A DNA stretch of 64,000 bases from Centroscyllium fabricii (Eukaryota). The stretch's first letter is position 1; every line of letters starts with the position of its first letter. This document shows, in pieces, positions 1-10,819 of the stretch. The DNA is taken from NCBI GenBank assembly GCA_051313645.2, contig JBNRSN020000039.1, forward strand, positions 6,386,001-6,450,000. The letters run 5' to 3'. The position numbers and the translations under genes were made by a program. The notes beneath the pieces were generated by a model. The model saw only the letters and a program-made list of their open reading frames with translations, had not been told where the DNA came from and searched no databases.

Positions 1-1195
1 TCACCTAAAAAAAAAATTATGTAACCCCCTGCACCTTCTATACTCCTCTTCAGCATCCTCTGTCTTTGGTTCTTTATGCCTGCCGAAAGCTCCCCTTTTT
101 TTCCGAATCAATTCACTTATATCCCTTGACGTCCAAGTTCTATGTTCTATGTTCTATGTTCCCTATGCTTCTTGGACCCACCCTTGACCTTTAGGGGAAC
201 ATGTTTCCCTTGCACTTTCACAATTTCCTTTCTGAACGCCTCCCCCAGTTCAGATGGTGACTTTCCTTCGAGGAGCTGGAACCAGTCTTCTTGGGCTAGC
301 TCCTGCCTTATCATATTAAAATCGGCCTTGCCCCAATTTAGAAACTTTATTTCTGGAACATATTTGTCCTTTTCCATTACTACCTTAAATGTTACCGACT
401 TATAGTCACTGTCACCGAAGTGCTCAGCTACTGACATTTCTTCCACTTGTCCGTCTTCATTTCCCAGAATTAAGTCTAAAACCGCACCCTCTCTTGTAGG
501 ACTTCCTACCTACTGCCTCAAAAAGCTCTCCTTGATGGACTTTAAGAATTCTGCACCCTCTAAGCCCTTCACTTATTTGGCTATCCCAGTCAATATTGAG
601 GAAGCTGAAATCCCCTACTATTACTACCCTATTATTCCCACAATTCCCGAGATTTGCCTGCAAATCTGCTCCTCTGTTTCCCCCTGACTGTTTGGGGGTC
701 TGGGGTATACTCCCAGTAATGTGCTTGCCACTTCCTTATTTTTAATTTCCACCCAAATTGCCTAATTGGAGCACCGTGCCAAGATATCATCCCTTCTTAC
801 AACAGTAATTGTCTCCATAATTATTATCACAACACCCTTCCTATTTCCGCCCCCCCCTGTCTTGCCTGAAGATTCTTTACCCCGGAATATTGAGCAGCCG
901 TTCCTGCCCCTGCCTCAACCATGTCTCAGTACTGGCAACAATATCATATTCCCATTGTGTTTAACAACAACTTCAATTCATCCGCCTTATTCGCCAGACC
1001 TCTTGCATTAAAATAAATACAATTTAAGCTTGCCCTACAACTTTGTGCAGAGACATATTTGTTATTCCTTCCAAGCTGACTTATTTTTTCCTCTATATTT
1101 GTCTGCACATCACCCACTATGTTTGCTCCCTCTGTATCCCATCCCCCTGCCAATTTATTTAAAACCCCCGCCCCCCAGCAGTGCTAGCAATCCTC
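1..1195 (-). mobile_element. CR1-clade LINE fragment, ORF2 APE endonuclease region, degraded
   Basis: Minus-strand ORF pieces LNCIYFNARGLANKADEL, RVVIVGDFSFLNIDW and EHFGDSDYKSVTF..LNWGKADFNMIRQEL are CR1 endonuclease motifs, broken by frameshifts. Confidence 0.85.
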
Positions 1196-1563
1196 CCAGG
1201 TTATTAGGATATCCAATATCAGACATCCTAATCTGAAAGCTATTTCCCTGTCTTTGTAATTGAAGATTAAATATATAAGGAAAGAATGAAAGAAGGAACA
1301 TTTAGGAAGAGATACAAACGATAGACAGAGATAACGGGAACAAGCAGGAAATTTAAAATCCAAGAAAGAAACAAAGAAAATAAGACGTAAAGAATGCAAG
1401 TAGGAAAGACAACAAACACGTTAAGATAGAAGGAAATAAATCATTAAGGGCGTGAGTAATTAATGCAGGAAGGAATGAACAGAGGAAGAAATAAATAAAT
1501 AAAGTAGGAAAGAGATCAGGAATGAAATGAAGAAGGAAAAATAGAAAGAAAGGAATACAGCAA

Positions 1564-1730
1564 NNNNNNNNNNNNNNNNNNNNNNNNNNNNNNNNNNNNN
1601 NNNNNNNNNNNNNNNNNNNNNNNNNNNNNNNNNNNNNNNNNNNNNNNNNNNNNNNNNNNNNNNNNNNNNNNNNNNNNNNNNNNNNNNNNNNNNNNNNNNN
1701 NNNNNNNNNNNNNNNNNNNNNNNNNNNNNN
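1564..1730. other. Assembly gap (N run); others at ~4297-4458, ~14965-15392 and ~22046-22420
   Basis: N runs, all within the GA-rich microsatellite position of the unit. Confidence 0.99.
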
Positions 1731-1761
1731 GAGGGAAAGAATGAAGGAAAAAAGAAAAGCC

Positions 1762-3060
1762 AGGACTGGATTCCTCCTGTGCAACTCTAGACATTCTCCA
1801 GGCTGAAATTGTACATTGTCCTGGGACGAAATCTTTCTGTGCACCTCTACACATTCGCCAGTCAAAAATTGTGAATTGGCGTGAGCTGGAATCATCCTGT
1901 GCACGTCCACACTTTATCCAGTCTGAAATTGTACATTCGCCAAGACTGGATTACTCCTGTGCCCCTCTATACTTTTTTCAGTCTTAAATTCTACATTGCT
2001 CTTTGCTGGAATTCGCTTGTGCCCATTTCCAATTTATCCAGTCTTAAGTTGTACATTGGCGTTGGCTGTAATTCTTCTGTGCCCCTCAAAACTAGCTCCA
2101 GTCTGAAATTTGACGTTGTACTGCTGTCGAATTCTACTTTGCCCCTTTGCACGTTCACCAGCCCGTAATTGTGCATTAGTCTGGCCTGGAATCGAACTGT
2201 GCCGCTCTACACGTTCTAAACTCAAGCGTTGTATATCGGCATGGTCTGAAATACTGTAGTGCAACACTGGACTTTCTCCAGATTGATATTGCACATTTCC
2301 CTGTGCTAGAGTCATCGTATGCCTCTCGGCAATTTCTCCAGCCTGAAATTGGACATTTTACACTGATGGAATACTCCGCTTCCCCTCCACAAGTTCTCTT
2401 GCCTGAAATTGGACAATCACCTCAACTGGAATTTTCCTGTGCCCCTCCACGCATTCGCCAGGCTGAACTTGTACTTTGGCCTGGGCAGGAGTCCTGATCC
2501 CTTCTACAGTCTAAGATTGTATTTCGGCCTGGGCTGGAATCATTCTGTGCAGCTTTAAATTTTCTCCAGTCTGAATAGGTATACTGTCCTGGGCTGGAAT
2601 CATCCTGTGCAGCTCTACACTTTATCCAGCCTGAAATTGTACATTGTCCTCAGCTGGAATCCCCCTGTGCACATCTATACTTTCTTCAGTCTGAAAGTGT
2701 ACCTTGTCCTGTGCTGGATTCCTCATTTGCAGCTCTAAACTCTCTCAAGTCTGAAATTGTACATTGAACTGGATTGGAGTCCTCCGGTCCCCCTCTTTAC
2801 ATAGACAAATCTGAAGGTATGCATTGCACTCGGGTGAAAGTCAACTTTACCCCTTTCCACTTTCACATATCTGAAAGTATACATTGTCCTCGACTGGATT
2901 CGTTATGTGCCCCTGTAACAATTCTCCTGTATGAAATTGCACATTGTCTGGGCGGGAATGCTCCTGTGCCAGTCTAAAGTGTCTCCAGTCTTAAGTTGTA
3001 CATTAGCCTTGTCTGCAATCGTCATGAGCACATCGACTCTTTCTCCACTCTGGGATTACT
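1762..3060. repeat. 60-bp minisatellite block (unit 1)
   Basis: Degenerate copies of cctgggctggaatcctcctgtgcccctctacactttctccagtctgaaattgtacattg(t/g). Other blocks at ~4498-6820, 8520-9460, 22460-23745, 25680-26630, 29097-30455, 31760-32660, 38757-40655 and 44305-44510. Confidence 0.95.
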
Positions 3061-3085
3061 AACTAAACCCGGCACATGTACTCTC

Positions 3086-3131
3086 TTCATCGAAGAAAGA
3101 TCAGTGCGAGCGCAAGTCAAGCTGTCTTCAT
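3086..3131 (-). pseudogene. Leader exon copy 1, disrupted
   Basis: ATG AAG ACA GCT TGA gives a stop at codon 5; second stop at codon 15; donor mutated to gagagt. Confidence 0.6.
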
Positions 3132-4525
3132 CCTGGACCATGTTGACTGATATCTTCTGCATGGTTTATGAGCACGCACTAGTTCAGCTTTAGTAAAATT
3201 TGGCTCCACCTAATTTCTTAGCAATTAACCAATTCTGCTCAATTGCTAATAATTACTTTGCATACCGTCAGAACCTGCTCCTGACTTTTGCTCCTGGTTC
3301 TGTATATTTTTCCTCCTGATTCGTCAGGATACACCTTCCTCTCGGCTGTTGTCCACATAACCCCCTCGTCATACACCGGCATCTGAGAAGACTCCTCTAA
3401 GCATAAACATAACGTTGAATATTCCTATGTCCCCGTGACTCTGTCCACTGTGGATTCAAAGCACTCTGTGTTATTGCTGCCTAGAGCATGGATTCGAACC
3501 GTGACGACCACTCACCCATTCACACTTATTGTATTTCTTACTGTCCTGTATCCTTAACAGTCCCACTTTTCTTTTTAGTATTCCTGCCTTTTGGTTTTGA
3601 TGACATGTCTTCTCTTATGATGGCCATTACCTAAATAGCCTAGTTAATGGGATTATTCATCCTTCTGTGTTTAAAAAACGTTCATTTATCCTGCTTCCTT
3701 GTCGACCTCGGACTCCTGGGGTATTTGTATTATTCCCTTCTCTTGGTTTATTTACTTACTAAATTCTCCTGTTTGTGGTTAGGAAACTTCCTTCACTCTT
3801 CATATTACTCACCCTCGTCGATTTCATTATGGCCCCGCCCACCCCATAGGTTAATCAACAGAATCGCAGGGAAATTTCTCAAACTAGATAGAAAATTGAA
3901 CCCGCAGTGAGTGTTGCTCATTATTCTCCTATTTATCAGTAGAAATGATCCAATGCCCCCCCGTTCCCAAGTCAGATATCTTAATCCGAAAGCAATTTCC
4001 CTGTTTTTGTAAATGCGGTTTCTAGATAAGAAAAAATAAACATATGTAGAAAGAAAGAATTAAAAAAGGAATGATTGAAAGAAAGAACGTTTAGAAAGGA
4101 ATAAAAAAGAAAGACAGAAAGAAACACAACAAGCAAGAATGTAAACACACAAGAAAGAAATACATGAATTATAAAATAACGAATGAATGTAGGAAGGAAA
4201 ATAAAAATGTACAGTTAGAAGGAAAGAAAGATGTAAGGCAGTGAGCAATTAAATCAGGGAGGAAGGAATGAAGGAAGTAAGAAAGAAATAAATAAANNNN
4301 NNNNNNNNNNNNNNNNNNNNNNNNNNNNNNNNNNNNNNNNNNNNNNNNNNNNNNNNNNNNNNNNNNNNNNNNNNNNNNNNNNNNNNNNNNNNNNNNNNNN
4401 NNNNNNNNNNNNNNNNNNNNNNNNNNNNNNNNNNNNNNNNNNNNNNNNNNNNNNNNNNTAAGGCAGGAAGGGAAGAATGCAGGAAACAAGAAAGGATCGG
4501 GCTGGAATCCTCTTCTGCCCAGTTA

Positions 4526-5423
4526 GGTTGTGTGCTGAGCCCCCTCCTCTACTCCCTCTTCACTCACGACTGTGCGCCTGTCCAGGGCTCCAACACGATC
4601 ATCAAGTTTGCGGACGACACCACGTTGTTTGGCCAGATCACCAACAATGATGAGTCAGCCTACAGGGATGAGATCCAGCGCCTGGTGGGATGGTGTGCCG
4701 ACAACAACCTGGCACTGAATATCAAGAAAACTAAGGAGGACTGAATGCAGAAGACACCCCCCGTCTTCTTCCAATGGGCCGAGGTGGAAAGACAGTCCAG
4801 CTTCAAGTTCCTCGGGGTCCACATCTCAGAAGACCTCTCCTGGTCACTAAACAACTCCTCTCTGGTTAAGAAGGCCCAACACCGCCTGTACTCCATAAGG
4901 AAGCTGAAAAAAGCCAGGCTGTCATCCGGCATCCTCTCCAAATTCTACCGCTGCACATTCGAAAGCATACTGACAAGCTGCATCACTGTCTGGTATGGAA
5001 ATTGCACCATCTCGGACCGGAAGACCCTACAGCGTGTAGTCAAATCTGCCCAACGAATCACCGGTACCCAGCTACCGTCAATGGAAATAATCTACCTCAA
5101 ACGCTACTTACGGAGGTCTCTGAACATTATTAAAGACCCCACACACCCCAGCCACAGTATGTTCGCCCCCCTGCCCTCCGAGAGACGCTACAGATCAATT
5201 CGCACCCGCACAACTAGATTTAAGAACAGCTTCTTCCCCAGGGCTGTCAGCCACCTGAACTCTAAAAATCAACTCCGGTACCTGCACACCTGAAAATGTA
5301 ATTTACTGTATGCAATTTGCATGTAATATATTTGCACTACTCTCGGGAGTGTCGAGTCTTCGTCTCGTTGTATTGTACTAGTAATCTGCAATGACAATAA
5401 AACTTGAATTGAATTGAATTGAA
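4526..5423 (+). mobile_element. Rex1/Babar LINE, 5'-truncated RT C-terminal fragment
   Basis: LSPLLYSLFTHDC..IIKFADDTT..WCADNNLALN, FKFLGVHISEDLSW, RFKNSFFPRAV; aataaaac followed by a (ttgaa)n tail. Confidence 0.9.
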
Positions 5424-6842
5424 TAGACATTCTCCAGTCTGAAATTGTACATTGTCCTGGGCTGAAATCATTATGTGCCCCTCTACACTATATCCAATCT
5501 AAAATTGTACATTGGCCTGGGCTGCAATCATCCTGTGCCTATCTACAATGTATCAAGTGTTAACTTGTACATTTGCCTAGAGTGGATTTCTCCTGTATCC
5601 CTGTACAGTTTCTCCAGACTTAAAGTGTACATTGGCCTGGGCTGTAACTCTCCCGTGCCCCTCGACACTTGATCCAGTCTGAAATTGTACGTTATCCTGT
5701 GTTCGAATCGTTCTGCGCCCCTTTCCACTTTCTCCAGTCAGTGATTGTGCATTACCCTGTGCAGAAATCGTCATGTACCTCACTGCGCTTTCTGCTGGCC
5801 AGCATTGTATATTGGCATGGTCTGCAATCGTGTAGTACAACACAGGACTTTCTCCAGGCTGAAATTGTACATGTGCCTGCGCTAGAATTATCTTATACCT
5901 CCCCGTGATTTCTCCGGTCTGAAATTGTACATTTTACAGTGATGGAAGTCTCCACTGCCCATCAAAATTAGCTCTTGCCTGCAATCGGACGTTGCGCTGC
6001 GTTAGCATCTTCCTGTGCCCCCCTGCACTTCCGCCAGGTTGAAATTGTACTTTGGACTGGGCTGGAGTCCTCCGAAGCAATTCTGCACTTTTCTCCAGTC
6101 TGAAATTGTACATTGCCTTGGGCTCGAATCCTCCCGTGTAGCTCTACACTTTCTCCAGTCTCAAATTGCACCTTGTCCCGGGCTGGACTCTCCTGTGCAG
6201 CTGTACAGTTGCTCGAGTCTGAAGTTGTAGATTGGCCTGGGCTGGAGTCCGCTTGAACATATCTACAGTTGCTCCAGTCTAAAAGTGAACATTGTCCCGG
6301 CCTGGAATCCTGTGCAGCTCTACAGTTTTTCCCGTCTGATATTGTACATTGGCCTGGTCTTGATTCGTACTATCACCCACTTTACATACTGCAGCCTGGC
6401 GTTATGCATGGCCCTCAGCTGGAATTCCCCTTTAATCCTATAAAATGTCACATATCTGCCAGTATACATTGTCCTCGGCTGCATTCGTCATGTGCCCCTC
6501 TAATAGTTCTCCTGTATGAAATTGCACATTGGCTTGGGCGTGAAGCCTCCTGTACAGTTTGTCCAGACTGAAATTGTAAATTGTCCTGGGCTGTGATCTG
6601 CATGTGCCCCTCTACGTTTTTGCAGATTGAAATTCTACATTTGCCTCGACTTCAAAAGTCCTATACCCCTCTAAACATACTGCCATCAGAAATTTTTCAT
6701 TTCCCTGGGCTGGCATCCTCCTGTGCCGTTCTACAATATCTCCAGTCTGAAACTGTTCATTGGCCTAGGCTACAATCCCCCAGTGCCACTCTACTCTTTC
6801 AACAGTCTGTGATTATGAACCAACATCGGCGCTTGTAATCAC

Positions 6843-6888
6843 GGCATGGAAGACAGATCAGAGCGAGCGCATGTAAAGCTGTCTTCAT
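6843..6888 (-). CDS. Putative signal-peptide first exon, copy 2 (MKTALHALALICLPC, phase 1), apparently intact
   Basis: 46 nt from ATG to a gtgatt donor; hydrophobic leader; HNF1-like site at 6974-6986 and TGTTTAC at 7016-7022 upstream. Confidence 0.55.
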
Positions 6889-7113
6889 CCTGGACTCTGT
6901 TGAATAAGATCCTCTGCATGGTTTCCGTGCACGCACTACTTCAGCTTCACATATATTTGGTTTCAACTAATTTGTTAATCATTAAACAATTCCGCTCAAC
7001 TGCTAATCAATATTTTGTTTACCGTCAGAACCAGCCCTTGACTTTGATCCTGGTTCAGTTTAATTTTCCATCTGATTCGTCAGTTTCCTCCTTCCTCTCG
7101 GCTATTGTCCATC

Positions 7114-7339
7114 TGTGGTAAACCACTAATCTGCCTGTACAGAACATGTCTGGGCATGCTTAAACTGGCACCGCCGCTGGCTACACTCCTAAGCCCCGGT
7201 ATAAAGGTGATTTACCTCCAGTCCCCTGGCTTTAATGATCGGTCTACCAGCAGAGGCATGATCGTTTTCTTCTGTTAATAAAAGCCTACTTGTTAAAAGT
7301 TTATCTCTTTGACTTTTTGGAGTTTTTGATGGCACATCA
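7114..7339 (+). mobile_element. Solo LTR with 5-bp TSD CCATC
   Basis: TG...CA ends, internal ggtataaagg and aataaa, ccatc at 7109-7113 and 7340-7344; absent from all other units except the one at 24036. Confidence 0.8.
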
Positions 7340-9484
7340 CCATCTAAACATTTTTTTTTGATTCCTGAATCAGAGAAAAATCCTCTAAGCAGAATCTACA
7401 ACGTTGATTATTCCTATGTCCCCGTGACTCTGTCCTGTGTGCAACCATAAAACTCTGTGTTTGGGCTTCCTGGAGCATAGATACGTGCTGTAACTACCAC
7501 TCCCCCCTCCACGCTGCTTGTAGCTCGTACTGTCCCTTATAGTTAATATTCACCCTTTCCGTTTTAGTAGTCTCGCATTTTGGTTTTGCTGCCATATCTT
7601 CCCTTATAATGGTGATTCCCTCGCTATCCTGGTTACTGAGATTAATGATCCTTCTGTGTTTAAACACATTTCCTTTCTCCTGCGTCCGTGTAGATCTCGG
7701 ACTCTTCGGATATTTGTATTATTCCCAAATCTTGGTTTCTTGTTATTACTCAATTCTCCTGTCTGTGGTTATGAAACATCCTTCACTCTTCGTCGCTTTC
7801 TTTATGACCCCCCCCCCCCCCCACTCCCCGCCGCACCCCGTATATTTTACACAGAATCACAGGAAAATTCTCAAACGAGAAAGAAGATGAACCCATGGAG
7901 AAAGTTGCTCAGCATTCTCCTCTGTATCAGTGGAACTGATCCCCTGTGCCCCCCGTTCCCATATCTGATAACAAAATCAAAAGCTGTTGCCCTGTCTTTG
8001 TAAAAAGAGATTTGTATATGAGAAGGATAACATATAAAGAATGAATGAGTGAAAAAAGGAACGGATGAAAGAAAGAACATTTAGAAAGGAATAAAAAAGA
8101 AAGACAGAAAGAAAGCGAACAAGCAAGATAGTGAACATGCAAGAAAGAAACAAAGAAAATATGGAATAAAGAAAGAAAGTAGGATGAAAATAAAGAAAAA
8201 AGTAAGGAAAGAAAGAAATAAGGCAATGACGAATTAATGCAGGAAAGAAGGAACGAAGGAAGAAGGCAAGGCAGAAAGAAAGTAGGAAAGAGTGAATTAA
8301 AGGAAGGAAGAAAGAAATAAAGAAAAAAAGAACGAGGGAAAGAAATCAGGCAGGAAGTACGGAATGAATGAAAAACGAGGAGCTAAAAAAAGACAGAAAG
8401 TAAGTAAAAACATTGAGAAAGATCGAAGGAAAGAAATTATGAAAGTTAGATTTAAAAAGAAAGAAAGAACGAAAGAATGAAACTAACGCCGGAAGGAACG
8501 AATGAAGAAAAAAGGAAAGGACAGGCCTGGTGTCCTCCAGTGGTATTCGGAAGATACTCCAGTCTGGAATTGTATTTTGACCTGGGCTGGAATCCTCCTG
8601 TGCGACTCTAAACATTCTCCAGTCTGAAATTATACATTGACCTGGGCTAGACTTCTCCTGTGGCCCTCAACATATTCTCCAGCCTGATATTGTACGTGGG
8701 ACTGTGGGGAATTACTCTTGAGTCACTCTGGACTTGCTCCAGACAGACATTGTGCATTTACCTGTGCTGGAATCATGCTGTGCCACTCTGGAATTCCTCT
8801 AGCCAGAAATTGCACATTTTCTGGTGACGGTAGCCTCCGCTGCCCCTCTATACATTCTCTTGCCTGAAATTGTACATTGTCCTGTGCTGGATTCCTGCTT
8901 AACCCCTCTGCGCATTCTCCAGTCCGAAATTGTACTTTGTTCTGGGCTGGAATACTCGTATGCACCTCTACACGTTCGCCAGTCTGAATTTGTACAGTGC
9001 CACCGTATGGTGTCCTACTTTGCCCCTCTGTACTCACTGCAGTCTGAATTTATCAAGTGTCGTCGCTGGAAATTCTCCGTTACCACATTAAACATTCTCA
9101 GATCTGAAAACGTACATTCTCCTCGGATGGATTCGTCAGACTCCCCTTTAATAATTCTCCTGTGTGATATTTTAAATTGGCAAGGGCTGGAGTCCTGATG
9201 TGCCGCTCTACAGTTTCTCCAGTCTCAAGTGTACCTTGGCGTGGCCTGGATTTCTCCTGTGCTCCTCTACCCTTTTTCATACTGACATTCTATATTGGCC
9301 TAATCTGAAATCCTGCCATGCCCCTCTAAAACTTCTCCATTGTGAAATTCCCCATTGGCCTGGGCTACCGCTCTATACAGTCTCCTGTCTGCAATTTTCC
9401 ATTGGCCTTGTCTGTAATCTTCCTGTGCCCCTCTACTCTTTCTCCAGTCTGGGATTATGAACCAGCCCCGTCGATTGTACTCAC

Positions 9485-9530
9485 TGCATCGAAGGCAGAT
9501 CAGAGCGAGCGCAAGTAGAGCTGCCTTCAT
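9485..9530 (-). CDS. Putative signal-peptide first exon, copy 3 (MKAALLALALICLRC, phase 1), intact
   Basis: caggATG context, 46 nt, consensus donor A|gtgagt, Lys n-region plus Leu/Ala h-region. Confidence 0.65.
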
Positions 9531-9584
9531 CCTGGACCAGTTGAATGATATATTCTGCAATGTTTCTGTGCGTGCAGTAGCTCA

Positions 9585-9695
9585 GCTTTATTAATATTTG
9601 GCTGCATGGTATTTGTTAATCATTAAACAATTCCGCTCAATTGCTAATCATTAATTTGTTTACCGTCATTACTGACCTTGACTTTTACTCCTGGT
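9585..9695 (-). promoter_or_regulatory. Endoderm/liver-type proximal promoter: AT-rich TATA-like box, HNF1 site, FoxA site, DR1 HNF4-like site
   Basis: gttaatcattaaa at 9615-9627, tgtttac at 9657-9663, tgacttttactcc near 9680; spacing to the ATG is conserved across copies. Confidence 0.6.
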
Positions 9696-10819
9696 TCTGT
9701 TTAGTTTTCCTTCTGTTTCGTAAGCGTAGTCTTTCCACTCGGCTATTGTCCCGCTAACCCCCTTTTCATACTCTGGTATCTGAGAAGACTCCTCTACGTT
9801 AAACGTACAATGTTGAATATTCCTATGTCCCATTGACTCTGTTCAGTTATGAATCGTATCCCTCGGTGTTACTGCAGCCCAGAGCATGTATTCGTACCGT
9901 GACCACCACTCACCCGCAATCCTGATTGTAGCTCTTACTCTCCTGTATTTTAAACATTCCCCATACTACAGCCTTTTGTTTTTGCTGAGATCTTTTCCCT
10001 AGTAGTGGCCATTCCCTCGCTATCCTGGTCCCTGGGATTATTCATGCTTCTGTTTTTAAACACATTTCCTTCCTCCTGCTTCCGTGTCGACCTCGGCCTC
10101 CTGGGTTCTTCGTATTATTACCTTTTCTCCATTTTTTCTGATGACTCAATTATCCTCTCTGTGGTTATTGAAATTCCTTCATTCTTCTTATTACTCAATC
10201 TCGTCCTAATCATTATGTCGCCACCCACCCCGAACGTTTTTACACAAAATCACAGGGAAATTACACATGCATGTCCTCTCTATCAGTGGAGCTGATCCCA
10301 TGTGCTCCCCCGTTCCCATATCAGATATCCTAAACAGAAAGCTATTTCCTTTTTTTTGTAAAAGCTGTTTGTATATAAGAAGCAAAAAAATATAAAGAAA
10401 GAATGAATGAAATGGCGTTTAGAAAGTAATAACAACGAAATACAGAAAGAAAGAGAACAAGAAAGAAAGTAAAAATGCAAGAAAAGAAACAAAGAAAATA
10501 AGAAATAACGAACGAAAGTAAAAGAAAGAAAGATAAATGTAAAGAATGCAAGAATGAAAGAAGTAAGGAAGTGAGGAATTATTACAGGAAGGAAGGAACG
10601 AAAGAAGAAAGAAAGGAAGAAAGATAGAAAGTAGTAAAGAGAGAAGGAAGGAAACGAAGGTAGAAAAAAAGAACGAGAGAATGAGAGAAATAAATAAATA
10701 AATAATGACCGAAAGAACGAAGGAAGGAAGAATGTGAGTAAGATCGAAGGAAAGAAAGAAAGTAAGAAAACGAAAGAAATACGTAATGCAGGAAGGAAAT
10801 AATGAAGGAAATAGGAAAG

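Noticed and set aside
3813-4000. Candidate exon 2 in each unit (minus strand aaaacag acceptor after the pyrimidine tract to a conserved gg|gtgagt)
   Set aside because: The phase-1 frame hits a stop within a few codons and the segment spans poly-G tracts of variable length between units; a non-coding exon cannot be excluded.
9485-9530. Immunoglobulin/TCR V-gene leader interpretation
   Set aside because: The exon length fits, but there is no V exon, recombination signal sequence or octamer ATGCAAAT in the unit; the promoter motifs are HNF-type.
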